A stretch of DNA of 63,666 nt, filler included, from Octopus bimaculoides (GCF_001194135.2; 5 parts of 5 records of this genome joined end to end with filler, not necessarily neighbours in it), one strand, 5' to 3'; counted from the first letter of the whole stretch, positions 24,965-39,300 are shown. Program-made: numbers and translations. The notes: a model not told the origin generated them from the letters alone.

Positions 24965-26364
24965 TGATAGATAGATAGACAAACAGACAGACAGACAGAC
25001 AGACATATAGATAGGTAGATAGATAGATACATGCATACATACATACGTATACTAAGTTGTCCTAAAACTGAATTTAGTAGTTTTTATATTTATCTTTTAA
25101 TATACTTCTTTTTTATATGTTTATCATCTTTATTTCCACTAGAAATATTGCTACAATTTTATTACTACACATTTTTTTGAGTATGATATCAGTTCAGCTA
25201 TGTTGGGAAGATTACATACATACATACATACATACATACGTACATACGTACATAGTGTATGTATGTGTATGTGAGAGAGTGAAAGTGAGAGTGTAAGCTA
25301 TGAAGAACTCAACATATTTAGAACATATTTCTGTTGTCTATCAACGTTTTAAGGCATTTCACATTGAAAGAAGACAAATTGATTTCATTGTACCCAATCA
25401 GAAACTAGCATAAATAGTATATAACAAATTTTAAAAAAATTAATCTTTGCTTCAACAACAGACCTTAAACTTTCAAGCCACTGGAAAAAAATTCAGATGA
25501 CTAACGTAATTTACAAATTTATATGTAAGCATTAAAGTTGTTAGCTGCTAAAAACATACGCCGATATTTTAGTTATTTTATGTAGAATGTAAAACAAAAA
25601 TTTATAACGTATACGTACATGTACCTAGCTTTCCCACCAGCTAGTAAGGCATCTAATATGATATAGAAGAGAATATACTACAGAACGTTACATAAAAATA
25701 AACAGAAGAAAACATATGCTTAAAGCATGGTTGCTTTATGTAGAATTAAAGAAAAAAATCTGTTATTATGGATATAGAAATTTGCAGACAGTACTTCGGT
25801 ATGGCCATTCTTGTGATGGCTAAAAGAAACTAAAGAACAAGTATCCCACATTCTCTTCCGGCTGACAGTGAATATACTACAAGGTGCCATTCGAATAAAA
25901 AAACATATTTATCGTAGAACGTAATAAAACACCAATGTTTCGACTAAGAACGTTCCGTTAAACCTTCATTGACAAAATGAATTCTGAAAACAATGTGTAA
26001 GAGGGTGAATATTCTACAGGCATGAGTAAGCTTGACAAATTTCTCAGGCAGAATCAGCGTTACATGAAGCTATGAGGTTGAGACTTTGAATTTCAAGTGC
26101 CATCCAGGAAAGATTGCGCATGTAATTATCACTTCATGTGACAAGTTCTTCAAATCATAGAAGGATTTCTCGATGTTATTTTAACATTAGCCTCATGTAT
26201 GCGTGTATGTCTGTGTTGGTATGCCTGCGCGCGCGCGTTTGTGTGTGTGAGTGTGTGTGTGTGTGTGTGTGTATGTTCTCTGTACATATGTATATGTAAA
26301 CCAAAAAAATACGAGTTACCATTAGTTTCACGATTCTCATGTTCAAACCTTATTTGTCCCTACT

Positions 26365-26750
26365 GCGTTAGAAATTTACTTTTTTGTCGGTAAAATACCA
26401 AACACATTTGACGTTTACTTATTAAATGTTGACGCTTCGAAAAATCTATTATCTAGCTTTTAAATTGACGGTAATTGTTGTCAGCGAGCCGTTTAACTCA
26501 ATGGTAGAGTACTCAGTCGATATCCAATGGTTATGGGTTCGATTCCGGTAGTTGCCTGCCAGTAACCCTCTTTCTGTCTTGTAAGGGTAAATACGCAATA
26601 TTTCTGCTATTTTCACAGCTATACTGCGTTCGAAATTTACTTTGTCTGTAAAATACACATTCGACGCTTCCAAAGTTTGTTTATAAAATGTTGTCGTATT
26701 CGAAAAAGCTATCGTTTATCTTTAAAATTGGCGGTAATTGTTGTCGACTT
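26365..26750. repeat. Diverged tandem duplication (about 260-bp period)
   Basis: gaaatttacttt...gtaaaatac...aaatgttg...ttcgaaaaa...aaattg(a/g)cggtaattgttgtc at about 26370-26482 and 26630-26745. Confidence 0.65.
26487..26558 (+). pseudogene. Degenerate tRNA or SINE head
   Basis: A-box TAACTCAATGGTAGAG and B-box GGGTTCGATTCC at tRNA spacing, but anticodon and acceptor stems do not pair. Confidence 0.55.
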
Positions 26751-27872
26751 CCGTAGCTGCCTGCTGGCAACTTTTATTACTTCCCTGTAATATATATCTT
26801 GAAAACGCATTTTGCAGATTTTCCTTTCCATCAGCAGCTGAGAGGGATTTTCCTTTGTGATCTTAAATCTGGTTGAAACCAGTTTTTGAAGTTGATGGGA
26901 AACGGAAACAGTTTTTCGTTTAACAATACTCACTTGCCTAGTAAATTTAGGGCATAATTACAGAAGTATACCCGCTGAATTTGTTTTCTCGTAACTTTCT
27001 GAAAAACGGGTATTAATTACATATGGTGTATACTATGATTATATTATAATGTGTGGGGAAAACCTTCTGGGGCGAAAAAGTTTCGGATAAATCACGAGTC
27101 GACTGTTTCTCCATAACTTTCTGAAAAAGAGAACATTTTTAATGAAATTTTCAAGAAATAACTTTCGGATGTTTTAGATTAGAATTATATAGGAATTTAA
27201 TACGGAAAAATGACAAGGATATTTTATGCATCTCAACTTTTCCTCATCGTTTTGAATATTTAATCACATTTATGCAAGAAAAGTTACATTTGAGACCTAT
27301 ATGATCCCTATTTCCAGCATATTTTTCTATCCACCTGCCTCTACCACTCTCTCTCTTCTCTCCCCCACTGACCGGTGTTTGGCCAAGCCTGATCTTTCTT
27401 TCTTGGTTCAACTACCATCCGTGCAACATCTACATTCCTCCCTGTGCCTGTAAAAACCCTATGTTCCTACCGTAAGGCTTTACTTCCACACATGCCAGTT
27501 TAATTTAATTCGTTCTTAGTCGAAATACACCTGTTGTTATGTCCTGTTATTGCATTTGTATTTGTGTAACATTTCTCCGTTTTTTTTCCGTCCTTGTTTT
27601 CGTACACATTCACTTTCTTCCAAGGAATCTAATGTTTTTAGCTTAGTTTTTCCTTAGGGTTGGCCAGATCGGAGCAATCTCGAGTATAACCAGCTGAAAT
27701 TGCAAAGATAATCTGGAACTCGACTGAGGAAAGAAAACTCCGGATGACCCGTCTTTGTTTTCTTTGTACCGTCTGTTTGAATGTTTTGCGTTCTTGTCCC
27801 ATTTTTGTATTTTTTATGTATAAATTATATAGCGGCGTACGTACACTTTGGTCTCTTATATATATATATATA

Positions 27873-28015
27873 TATACGAAGGGTTTCTTTCAGTTTCCGT
27901 CTACCAAATCCACTCACAAGGATTTGATCGGCCCGAGGCTATAGTAGAAGATACTTGCTGATGGTGCCACGCAGTGCGACTGAGCCCGGAACCATGGGCT
28001 TGGGAATCAAACATC
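27873..28015 (-). mobile_element. SINE family B (CORE-SINE, OR2-like) 5' half
   Basis: Reverse complement atggttccgggctcagtcgcactgcgtggcaccatcagcaagtatcttctactatagcctcgggccgatc matches the head of the full copy at 58096. Confidence 0.8.
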
Positions 28016-28552
28016 TTTTGAGAACTATTCCACCGTTTCCCGAAAATTTACTAACGTAAGTAAATTAATGCCAATTTTCCTATTCAGATCTCTATTTCTT
28101 CAACGTCAAAATATGAAACGATACCACAATCAGTGTAAATTGGTTGACACTGGATTAAACTTATGATTTGTAGAAAGTAGCGTTGCAAATGCTTGGGCAA
28201 CCTTTAAGAGCAAATTTAAACTACCCTGCACTAAAACGAAATGTCGCATTGAGTAAGATTTTTGATTGACCCATCTACTTGAAATATTCAATAATGAAAA
28301 CAATCTTCAAAACCGCATTTTCATAAAAATGTATTAAAACTGAAATTTAAAAACATTTTCCAGACAGCCTAACATTTGATAATTGCTTTCTTTCAGTGAA
28401 AGTTACATATATCCAACTAATTAATAAGCAGCTTACTATATTAGAGTATAGATACATAATTTATAGTCATATTTACCAACATCATTATCATTATTATTAC
28501 TAAGAAATAATCATTAGCGGCAGAAGCAGTACTAAATGCCAAAAGGCGTTTT

Positions 28553-29203
28553 TTTATATCCAACTTAACATGGGTGTATTATTAGAGCACAGAATACTGT
28601 GTTATTTACTTAGAGTGAACCTCTCATATGGATGCATGGGACATAAAAACACACATATTTATATGGATAGCTAACGAGAATCGTCTGCAACAGGCGCCGG
28701 CCTGTTAGTCACACGATTTCGACGTGCCTCGTCTCTTCTCCTTTATGAGTTCATAAAAGCACACACGTTCGTATCGCATTATTATATGCATCATGCGTGT
28801 ATATGAGAAATCAACTAATGAAACAACGCAGTATTCGGCACTCTAACAATACGTTTTAAGTTGGATATAAAGTTTGTCTTTGGATATCAATTCTGCTTCT
28901 GTCGCTAATTATCTTTTTTTAATAAGCTTGTTGGCTATTTGCGACATCAGTTTCTAAACGGTCACCGAAATTCCATATATCACTGGTAGTAACATTTGCC
29001 TGTATGCGGCTACCGGCCGTAATGCTACTGAAGAGGTGGGTCACGTCGATATCACGTGATCTGGGAGTTTCAGCGCTCATAGCAGACAATTCTATAAATA
29101 TGTGTGCTTTTATGCACGAAGCGCCTATATGAGAGGTCTTCCCAAGGTAAATACGCAGTACTTGGCACTCTAACAATACAACCATGTTAAATTGGATACA
29201 AAA
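28553..29203. mobile_element. Old MITE-like element with about 115-bp inverted termini and a third internal terminus
   Basis: Reverse complement of 28553-28665 aligns with 29093-29203 (tataaatatgtgtg.ttttatg...tatgagagg...gtaaata...cagta...ctctaa.aatac...gttaa.ttggata). The last 50 bp recur at 28824-28870. Confidence 0.6.
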
Positions 29204-29221
29204 ATTATTATTACTGTTGCT

Positions 29222-29440
29222 TAAGGTGGTGAGCTGGTAGAATCGTCAGTACGGACAAAATGCTTAGCGCTTTATCGTTCGTCTTCTTGAGTTCAGAGCT
29301 GCCGAAGTCATCTTTCTTTCTCATCCTTTATGGGTCGATAAAATAAAGTAGCAGTCGAGAGCTGTGGTTGATGTCATCGACTTCCCCCCCCCCAACCCCT
29401 TCAAAAGTTGCTGGCCTTGAACCAAGATTAGAAAGATCGA
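29222..29440 (+). mobile_element. Diverged SINE family A
   Basis: aaggtggtgagctggtagaatcgtcag...gagttcagagctgccg...tcatcctttatgggtcgataaaataaagtagcag. Confidence 0.75.
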
Positions 29441-32350
29441 TTATTATTGTTGTCATCATTGGCCTCAAGTCACGATGAAGGGTCGCCTATTGATTACAAA
29501 AAGTTAGGCAATTACTTTCAAGTGCCAAAGCTGTACAGCAAGCCATCAAGCAATATTTCTTATACGGATACCTGAATGTATTCTACTAACTTGCTGCAAT
29601 ATTTTTTAAGTCGTATTCGTCTATTTATCTATAATCCCGTATTTCATTGTACAGTTATACTACCTTCGTCACATCACAGGAATTAGTTTTAAAATTAATT
29701 TTTTGTTCTTCTTTGGGTCTTTTAGAAAATTCCATTACTTTTAATTAGTATCGGTACATGCCTATCGTACCCTATCTTCCTCAGCTATTTTATGGCATTT
29801 TTTATTAGTTTATTGAAATGCCTCATTGAAGGAACTATTATGAATATTTTCTCCCCTTGACCTATCAGTCTACAGAATTTTAAATTGAACTTTGCCATTA
29901 ATGTTGAATATAACCATTATTCACTCAAGCTATCTGTAAAGCCATCTTAATCTTATTTTACTTTAAACTTATACATTCACAACACAAAATATTCTAAACA
30001 TAAGATTAATGTCGCGTGGCTTTTTAACTTAAAATTACCACATAAACCCTTTTAAAGCAATTTTAATGAGTCATTTATCTGTTATACAATTTTTTATTTA
30101 TATTTTTTTCAATAATACTTTTTTGCCATTTTATTCAAATTGCCGTTTATTGCTTCCTCCTCTAGACACCATTCAATTTTTGTCATTATGGTATACACCA
30201 CTATATTCAAAATTTCTAATCTTGCGTATCTCTTATTTATTTACTTTTTTTTTTGTACTGTCAAATGTAATTCTTCTTTATTTACATTGTATTTTGAATT
30301 CATCATTCATTATCATGTAGCTTCAAGACTTCGGCATTGTGACTTGCTTATATTTATAATGACATTGTAGGTAAGTATGAAAGGCCAGATCTAGCATGTT
30401 TTAACTTAAAATTGAAAGCTTAGACCACTCACCCCGCTTTTTTTTTCTTTTTCCATTCTTTAAATCAAAAGATTTCCAACCACCAAATTCAAACCATTCC
30501 TATTTGTTCTTTGTTACCCCTCTTTCACCACTCAATACTGTCGATTTCTTTCCAGTTCTTCACTCCAACTTTTATACAACTTACATCTATTTATGTATAT
30601 GTTTTCTAATGAAACTGTTAGCCTTTAGTGAAATTTAAAATAACTATAATCTTTATTATCATATGATTATATATAAATCGAAATTTAATTTAAATTTATC
30701 ATTTTACAATTTCGTTCTTCCAGGTTACAAACAGTTGTACAATATAGAATGTAAATATGTTCGAATCCCAAATAGTTTCAAGGGCGCAATAATAACCCTC
30801 TCACACATAAACACACACTGTGACCTTCATGAAACAATTGAAAAATACCATATTGATATGGCGCCATTTTCCCCATAAAAGATGTCCCAGAAAATCAACC
30901 AGTATGTTATAAGTACAAAGTCAGGGTTTCGGTTACTACATAGAGGTGATTCAGATGCCATAATGCGCTTCAACCGCCACTTGCCAGTAACTTCCAATTA
31001 TAGATATCTCTCATAAAACTATATTTCAGAGTTCAAACTATATTTTCTAAGATAACAAATGCATGCATATCAACAGTATATAAAATAACATCTGTTTGGA
31101 AGTAAATTAAATAAAATCGCTTTAATATACACCATAATCAAATTAGAAGTCGTTTACATACTAGACTTAAAATACTGAACGAAATTAAGGCATTTTGCTA
31201 TATGTAAAATAATCAGTTTATCACTATGTAAAATGAGTTAATAGTCAATATTATATTACATTATGCTGCATTGTATTATAATCTTAGTATATTATGGTAT
31301 ACCGCTTACTGAATACCCATACGTTATATAACGTAACACAGCATAATAAAAAATAGCATAATATACTATAATATTGGCTATTAACCCATTTTATACAGTG
31401 ATATTTTGACAAAATTTAAAGACTTCCAGATTTGTAATTATACCTGTACCTGCCTATAAAAAAGAATTATTTTGAGACACGAATTATATAACATATTTTT
31501 GTAAGATCCTTTTGTTGCGTACGAAACGCAACTTTTATGTATGATTAAACAAAAATGTCGTAGTTATTTTATGAATTCAGTCTAAACACAAATATTTTAA
31601 AATTTTATTAAAACACATAGGTTGTATTTTTTAGTTAGAAATATAAAAGCAAAAAAGTTAAAGATATCTCAATATAAAAAAGGATAGTGAGACTTCATAA
31701 GAACCGAAATACATCAAACTATAAACTAAGCTGATAGTGGGGAGGACAGTGAATGCCAAGCATAAATAGTGTTTTTAATTTTTCTTTTTCTTTTCTTTTT
31801 TCAAGAAAACCGACAAAAATTGATGGGCGCTTTATGGATTAAATATTTGTCTGGATGAAACATTGTGTTATTATATGTAACATTTCTCGAAAAGCGAGTA
31901 CTTTTGACCTAGAGACTGAACGACGATATGTAGAATAAAGTGTTCTAACAACAATAAACTGTTCTTCGCAGGTATTACTTCCATAGTAGATAATGGTGCA
32001 GTTGCTGTTCGGTATGGACATATCTAAGCTGGCGTCAGCCGTAAAAATATGAATGAAGAAGGGACTTCGGGAGAGGGAGAGCTGATGTTCTGCTGTGAAA
32101 GGACCAAGTATAGACATTAGAAAAACTTTGTGATGAAACACAATTTATAAGAGACGGAGAGGTTGGTGTAGTTGAGAGGAACAGAATTTTTATAGCAGTT
32201 ACAGAATAAACAGAGAGACTGACAGTCTTCTCCCATTGTTTCGTAAGAATTGCAGCGGTTCAAGCAACTATTCGAATCTGAAAGAATGTTGTAGGAGTAA
32301 TCCACAAGGATCACATATTGTGAGTCCTAGCCATTTTAGTCTCTTTGTGG

Positions 32351-32566
32351 GTGTTTATTATGTAATTGTATGTCTAGATAGTGTTTATTATGTAATTGTA
32401 TGTCTAGATAGTGTTTATTATGTAATTTTATGTCTAGATGGTGTTTATTATGTAATTGTATGTCTAGATGGCGTTTATTATGTAATTTTATGTCTAGATA
32501 GTGTTTATTGTGTAATGTTATGTCTAGATAGTGTTTATTATGTAATTTTATGTCTAGATAGTGTTT
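32351..32566 (+). repeat. 30-bp minisatellite, 7 units
   Basis: Unit gtgtttattatgtaatt(g/t)tatgtctagat(a/g). Confidence 0.95.
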
Positions 32567-32639
32567 CCTTGATATGAACAGTGATTGTGTCTTTATGTCT
32601 TTCTACTATTCAAAGAAAGTAGATATTTTTTATCATTAG

Positions 32640-32770
32640 TCTTTTACTTGTTTCAGTCTGGGACACCTCCTTGAAGAGGTTTTAGTCGAACAGATCGACC
32701 GCAATACTTTTTTTGCTAAGCATGGTACTTTTTTGCCGAACCACTAAGTTACGGGAACGTAAACCAACTT
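32640..32770 (-). mobile_element. SINE family B 3' fragment
   Basis: cttttacttgtttcagtc...ttttagtcgaacagatcgacc...ttttgccgaaccactaagttacgggaacgtaaac. Confidence 0.75.
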
Positions 32771-35429
32771 CTAACCAGATAGCCACGCCTGCGCTTATGA
32801 GAATGCTTTTAATACATCTATTCGTGGAGGTGTCTAAGTTGCATGTAGAAAAAGTAGTGAGTTGAAGGTTAGTAAGCGTTATCATGTTAAAGAAAGCATC
32901 AGGCAAGTTGAAATAACTTATTCATTACTGATTGGCGATGATCACTACTGGTTTTGCTCGATTTACATCATTGTCAGTTTTCAACGACCACATGTATTTT
33001 GATTAAGTTGCATCCAAAGATTCTTTCTGCATTTCTAAAATAATTTCGTTGCTGATTAAAATACCCTTCAAAACTATTTTCACTTTATCCAGATGTACTA
33101 TTTGAGAACTGAATTATCACCTGTAAATACTTCTACACAATAAGCTATCGATTTCGGAAGACAAGAAATATTTAATGGCCAATTTAAAGAGTTCAGAAAG
33201 TGGCATGAAGCGTGTTAGAAGTAAATGATGTGTAAGATTTTACTATCGTTGTTGGCTATTTCAGTGCAAAGTCACCTGTACAGTTTCACATTATTTCTAT
33301 TAAAAAATTTTATAGTATTTGTGATTCTTCGAAAGTGTTTATCTATTAAAAGAATGGAGCATTAAAACAAATGATTTTACGTGTTCCATTGTCATGTGCC
33401 AGAGAATTAAGATTTTTCATGTAATTAATTTTATCTTTAAAACCGCTTCGTTTTAACGCCTAATTATAATAATAGACTACTTTGTTGAAAGGTTTCTGGG
33501 ATGATATATAGGATAATCATACAGTAATATTTTCAATAAATTATTAATAATGACAGGTGGATGACTTGAGGCAGCAGTTATGTGTTCTAACGTTTATTTG
33601 GCTTCTTAAAAGCTAAGTACTTACTTGTTTTTAAAGTTAACATTATATCTCAAACATTAACTATGTATAAATCTGTTTCAATTGTAACTCTTAGGTTTCA
33701 GTCTTGAGATAATTCAAAGAGATAGATCTTTTCTAAATTTATTTAACTGATGCGTTTTTATATAGCGTGTGTGTAAGAATTAATCGATCACTTCGATATA
33801 TTCACATTTTATATTAGTAAACTTATTGTTTAACAAATTTAGAATACACAGGCTAATGACCTCACTAATTTTAACACAGTCTAGTCAACCCATAAACATA
33901 ATTCTTTTTAAACAACCTTTTCCAAGACAACCAATTAGCATAATTCTTCTTTAACCATTTGGTATTAGCGCAGGTATGTAATGACACTTGTGATATTTGA
34001 GTCAAGGATTGCAATATCATTTTTACAAAAATAAGATTTAATTACAGACGCATAAAATCCAATTATGCAAAATGATCAGTTTATATAGTTGTTTCTGTTA
34101 TTGGGTCAATTAATAACACAAGGACTGTATCTCCGTGATAAGACACTAGTCGTTTGTATAAATCAACGGATTAAACAAACAACTAATTTACCATTATGAA
34201 ATAACAGTACTTAGTATCAGTACGATAATCTTGTCTTACGTAATAAATTCGGGTAAACTATTTAGGTTTTCCCTATTTCAGATTATTAATCTCTATCATG
34301 GAAATTGGTAAAAATTTCTTTTGTCCTATTTAACCTTTTGACAGTGAAATTAAATTTCATGGTCATTTCTCTAATGATGTTAATTATTTATCAAAAAATA
34401 GAAATTGTATTTTCTTGTTTCTGGAATACTTTTTTAGTATCTCCTGCAAGTCTGGTTTTCATATAACCACAAAAAGTATGTTATTCTTNNNNNNNNNNNN
34501 NNNNNNNNNNNNNNNNNNNNNNNNNNNNNNNNNNNNNNNNNNNNNNNNNNNNNNNNNNNNNNNNNNNNNNNNNNNNNNNNNNNNNNNNNNNNNNNNNNNN
34601 NNNNNNNNNNNNNNNNNNNNNNNNNNNNNNNNNNNNNNNNNNNNNNNNNNNNNNNNNNNNNNNNNNNNNNNNNNNNNNNNNNNNNNNNNNNNNNNNNNNN
34701 NNNNNNNNNNNNNNNNNNNNNNNNNNNNNNNNNNNNNNNNNNNNNNNNNNNNNNNNNNNNNNNNNNNNNNNNNNNNNNNNNNNNNNNNNNNNNNNNNNNN
34801 NNNNNNNNNNNNNNNNNNNNNNNNNNNNNNNNNNNNNNNNNNNNNNNNNNNNNNNNNNNNNNNNNNNNNNNNNNNNNNNNNNNNNNNNNNNNNNNNNNNN
34901 NNNNNNNNNNNNNNNNNNNNNNNNNNNNNNNNNNNNNNNNNNNNNNNNNNNNNNNNNNNNNNNNNNNNNNNNNNNNNNNNNNNNNNNNNNNNNNNNNNNN
35001 NNNNNNNNNNNNNNNNNNNNNNNNNNNNNNNNNNNNNNNNNNNNNNNNNNNNNNNNNNNNNNNNNNNNNNNNNNNNNNNNNNNNNNNNNNNNNNNNNNNN
35101 NNNNNNNNNNNNNNNNNNNNNNNNNNNNNNNNNNNNNNNNNNNNNNNNNNNNNNNNNNNNNNNNNNNNNNNNNNNNNNNNNNNNNNNNNNNNNNNNNNNN
35201 NNNNNNNNNNNNNNNNNNNNNNNNNNNNNNNNNNNNNNNNNNNNNNNNNNNNNNNNNNNNNNNNNNNNNNNNNNNNNNNNNNNNNNNNNNNNNNNNNNNN
35301 NNNNNNNNNNNNNNNNNNNNNNNNNNNNNNNNNNNNNNNNNNNNNNNNNNNNNNNNNNNNNNNNNNNNNNNNNNNNNNNNNNNNNNNNNNNNNNNNNNNN
35401 NNNGTGTGTGTGTGTGTATGTTTGTATGT

Positions 35430-35635
35430 CTGTGTTTGTCCCCCCAACATTGCTTGACAACTGATGCTGGTGTGTTTACGTTCCCGTAACGTACCAGCTC
35501 GGCAAAAGAGACCGATAGAATAAGTACCAGGCTTACAAAGAATAAGTCCTGGGGTCGATTTGCTCGACTAAAGGCGGTGCTCCAGCATGGCCACACTCAA
35601 ATGACTGAAACAAGTAAAAGAGTAAAAGAATATAA
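35430..35635 (+). mobile_element. SINE family B 3' half
   Basis: gtttgtccccccaacattgcttgacaac...aataagtcctggggtcgatttgctcgactaaaggcggtgctccagcatggcc...gactgaaacaagtaaaagagtaaaag. Confidence 0.88.
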
Positions 35636-35809
35636 AAGATGTGTGTTTCTTTGTGTGACTGTCTGTCTATGAGTGTGTACATAGACATACACACACACAT
35701 ACACGCAAACATACTGGGTGCGATGGGTAAATTGTCGCTGCTTTATAGCTTTCATTTCGTGCATGTGCATTGTGTGATGTTGATTTTGTCGACTACACAG
35801 TATAGTAGG

Positions 35810-36600
35810 GTCAATTGGGCACCCTCTGTGAGAAAAACAAGACCATGATTCAATTTTCTCTGCCAGAAATTTGGAAATGACATGCTGTACTGCTTGGCAT
35901 TCGCACCAGAAGGTCCAATACGAATATTTCAGAGTGTTTAGGTAACCTGAAGATAGTGCAATCTGAAGACATGTACCGAGAGTGATAAAAATCAAACAGC
36001 CAGTCAACATCATGGTGTTTGAAGTGATCACTAGTGATGGCGGTGTTATGCCGCTATTCATCTTCCCACACTGCTTCACACTCAACAGAAGGCCTACATC
36101 ACGTGCGTGGAGGTGGTAGTGCAGCCCTGGGTGAAGCGGGTTGCTGCTGGAAGACCCTGTCTGGCAACAGGACTCTGCACAATGCGACACAAGCAGGGGA
36201 ACCCAGTCATGGCTGTCAGACAATTTCTGCGATCACATCACCCCTAACATCTGGTCACCTAACTCCTCAGACTTGCAACCCCCTTAATTATTGTGTGTAG
36301 AGAGCAGGTGAGCGAGAGACCAACAAAATTCCTTGTAACACCAAACATGAACTGAAGGCAAGGATTATAGCAGCATTCACGAACTTCAACAAGGAGACAG
36401 TCCAGAAGAGTTGCAGGAGATTCCGAAGTTATCCGGAGGCTGTGGTTGAAGTCAACGGCGATTTTATTAAATAAATTTACTCTTTAGTATTTCAAGATAT
36501 TTTTATGTAATTTTGGTAACTATCTATATCCGTAAAAATGAGATGTCAGTGTAATTTTCCTTTTTGCGTAATTTAAACGACAGTTTATTCACAGCACCCT
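35810..36600 (+). mobile_element. Internally deleted DD37D (maT) Tc1/mariner element
   Basis: N-terminus HAVLLGIR...NISECLG joined to NIMVFEVITSDGGVMP...WQQDSA...WSPNSSDLQPLN. Third D is mutated to N at exactly 37 spacing; ends AVVEVNGDFIK*. Confidence 0.85.
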
Positions 36601-37058
36601 CTCTCTCTCTCTCTCCCTCTATCTATCTATCTCTNNNNNNNNNNNNNNNNNNNNNNNNNNNNNNNNNNNNNNNNNNNNNNNNNNNNNNNNNNNNNNNNNN
36701 NNNNNNNNNNNNNNNNNNNNNNNNNNNNNNNNNNNNNNNNNNNNNNNNNNNNNNNNNNNNNNNNNNNNNNNNNNNNNNNNNNNNNNNNNNNNNNNNNNNN
36801 NNNNNNNNNNNNNNNNNNNNNNNNNNNNNNNNNNNNNNNNNNNNNNNNNNNNNNNNNNNNNNNNNNNNNNNNNNNNNNNNNNNNNNNNNNNNNNNNNNNN
36901 NNNNNNNNNNNNNNNNNNNNNNNNNNNNNNNNNNNNNNNNNNNNNNNNNNNNNNNNNNNNNNNNNNNNNNNNNNNNNNNNNNNNNNNNNNNNNNNNNNNN
37001 NNNNNNNNNNNNNNNNNNNNNNNNNNNNNNNNNNNNNNNNNNNNNNNNNNNNNNNNNN

Positions 37059-37108
<50 letters not shown>

Positions 37109-37928
37109 TAATATAATATAATATAATATAACATATAAGAAAATGAGAGAGCAAAGGAATAAACGATTATTCATGATTTTAAGATGGATGTAGTGCTGAA
37201 AAGGCACTAGACTGCGTTCGCTGAAGTACCTACCACTGAAACAAGTTCCATAAGGGAAATATTCAGACAACGCCTGGTAGATAGACGGTGACTGCTGCGA
37301 CTGGTAAAAAATAATGATAATATGAATGATAATGAGATTAGGAAACTGGGCTTTTATAGTAAAAAGACCGTACGGGTCATAAACATTATGTGTTGGAAAT
37401 TCCATAAGGCGGATCATTAAAATTATTAAATAAAGTTATCGTTCAATTAAATTATAAAAGAAAATATTAAAAACTTGAAAAATTCAAATCGTGCGAAGAT
37501 GCTAAGTATAAAAATTAGAAAGTTATCTTGAGGAAATCATGCAATGAATAATATGACTAGAAAATTTCATTTGCTTGGGGGTAAAAGAGCACACACAAAT
37601 ACACACATACTCACACACAGATTCGCGCTCATAATTCATATATATATAGTATGTATTCAGGCACATATACATATAGATAAGTGTGTGTGCATCTGTGTAA
37701 TATAAGATATATAAAATATATGAAAATTTAATTTTTATATTTTACGTTGGGTTGAGTGGATAGATATATTTATTATATCTACTTTTGAGTTTCGCTTTTG
37801 GCTGCTCATGACTGTAGACAGGAGAAAAGAAAATGGGAAAAAGCTTTCTCTAAAACAATTCAGTTAAGATCGCAAATATCCCTACACTATCATAAGATAT
37901 CAGGAGTGTCTCTGCACATACACGCGTG

Positions 37929-38128
37929 GAGAAGAAGAAGAAGAAGAAGAAGAAGAAGAAGAAGAAGAAGAAGAAGAAGAAGAAGAAGAAGAAGAAGAAG
38001 AAGAAGAACAACAACAACAACAACAACNNNNNNNNNNGAAGAAGAAGAAGAAAAAGAAGAAGAAGAAGAAGAAGAAGAAGAAGAAGAAGAAGAAGAAGAA
38101 GAAGAAGAAGAAGAACAAAAAGAAAAAG

Positions 38129-38169
<41 letters not shown>

Positions 38170-38170
38170 G
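37929..38170 (+). repeat. Compound (GAA)n/(CAA)n microsatellite
   Basis: Visible trinucleotide arrays around a 10-N gap. Confidence 0.95.
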
Positions 38171-38650
38171 AATTCAAATTGCATGTTTTGATAGAGTAAC
38201 ACTTCACCTATATTAACTATTCTTTGTTATAGCCAAATGAAATAGTTCTAAGCAGAAGCAACGTTTTGTCATCGAGTTCTTGAAGAAGAGTTGGGTAAAA
38301 GATAAACTCAATCTATTTGAATCGTTTGAGGTGAAAGAAAATGCGACTTTGAACAATCTGAGGATCGAGGGTGAATCGGAGCCATATGTTTACGATTGGA
38401 AAACAAATGCTTAGTCCGTGGAATGGCGTTACAACTCTTCTCCAAAGTTCAACAATGTTAAAATCCAAAGATCAAAAGTCACAGAACATCTTAGTATTTG
38501 TCATTTTCTGAAATGTAGCATTACGGCGGACAATAAGTGGTACATTCTTGTCAAATAAATATGTGCTCTACAAAAACTATTGACTAATCCGAAAGTGAAA
38601 TGCAAAATTGCTTTTTTGACAACTCGACATACAAACAAACATTACTATCC

Positions 38651-38696
<46 letters not shown>

Positions 38697-39045
38697 NNNN
38701 NNNNNNNNNNNNNNNNNNNNNNNNNNNNNNNNNNNNNNNNNNNNNNNNNNNNNNNNNNNNNNNNNNNNNNNNNNNNNNNNNNNNNNNNNNNNNNNNNNNN
38801 NNNNNNNNNNNNNNNNNNNNNNNNNNNNNNNNNNNNNNNNNNNNNNNNNNNNNNNNNNNNNNNNNNNNNNNNNNNNNNNNNNNNNNNNNNNNNNNNNNNN
38901 NNNNNNNNNNNNNNNNNNNNNNNNNNNNNNNNNNNNNNNNNNNNNNNNNNNNNNNNNNNNNNNNNNNNNNNNNNNNNNNNNNNNNNNNNNNNNNNNNNNN
39001 NNNNNNNNNNNNNNNNNNNNNNNNNNNNNNNNNNNNNNNNNNNNN

Positions 39046-39088
<43 letters not shown>

Positions 39089-39170
39089 TAAATGTCTGGT
39101 AGCGTGTTGCATACTGTTACCAGATAATTTTTTAAAATTCATTGTAAATAAACAACAGATAAAATCGTAT

Positions 39171-39300
39171 ACGTTTAAGACACAAAGGCTCTCTAATTCT
39201 TTATCAGTTATCAACCAGAATGGTTAAAGATGCGAAACTAAGTATTACCATTCTGGTTGAAAACTGATGAAGGATTAGAAAGCTTTTGTGTCTTATACGT
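39171..39300. repeat. 130-bp hairpin (54-bp arms, 22-nt loop)
   Basis: 39171-39224 versus reverse complement of 39247-39300: 48/54 identical. Confidence 0.9.

Noticed and set aside
26487-26558. Functional tRNA-Ile(GAT)
   Set aside because: Anticodon and acceptor stems do not pair; only the A and B boxes survive.
32351-32566. CRISPR-like array
   Set aside because: 30-bp units are contiguous with no unique spacers; a plain minisatellite in eukaryotic DNA.
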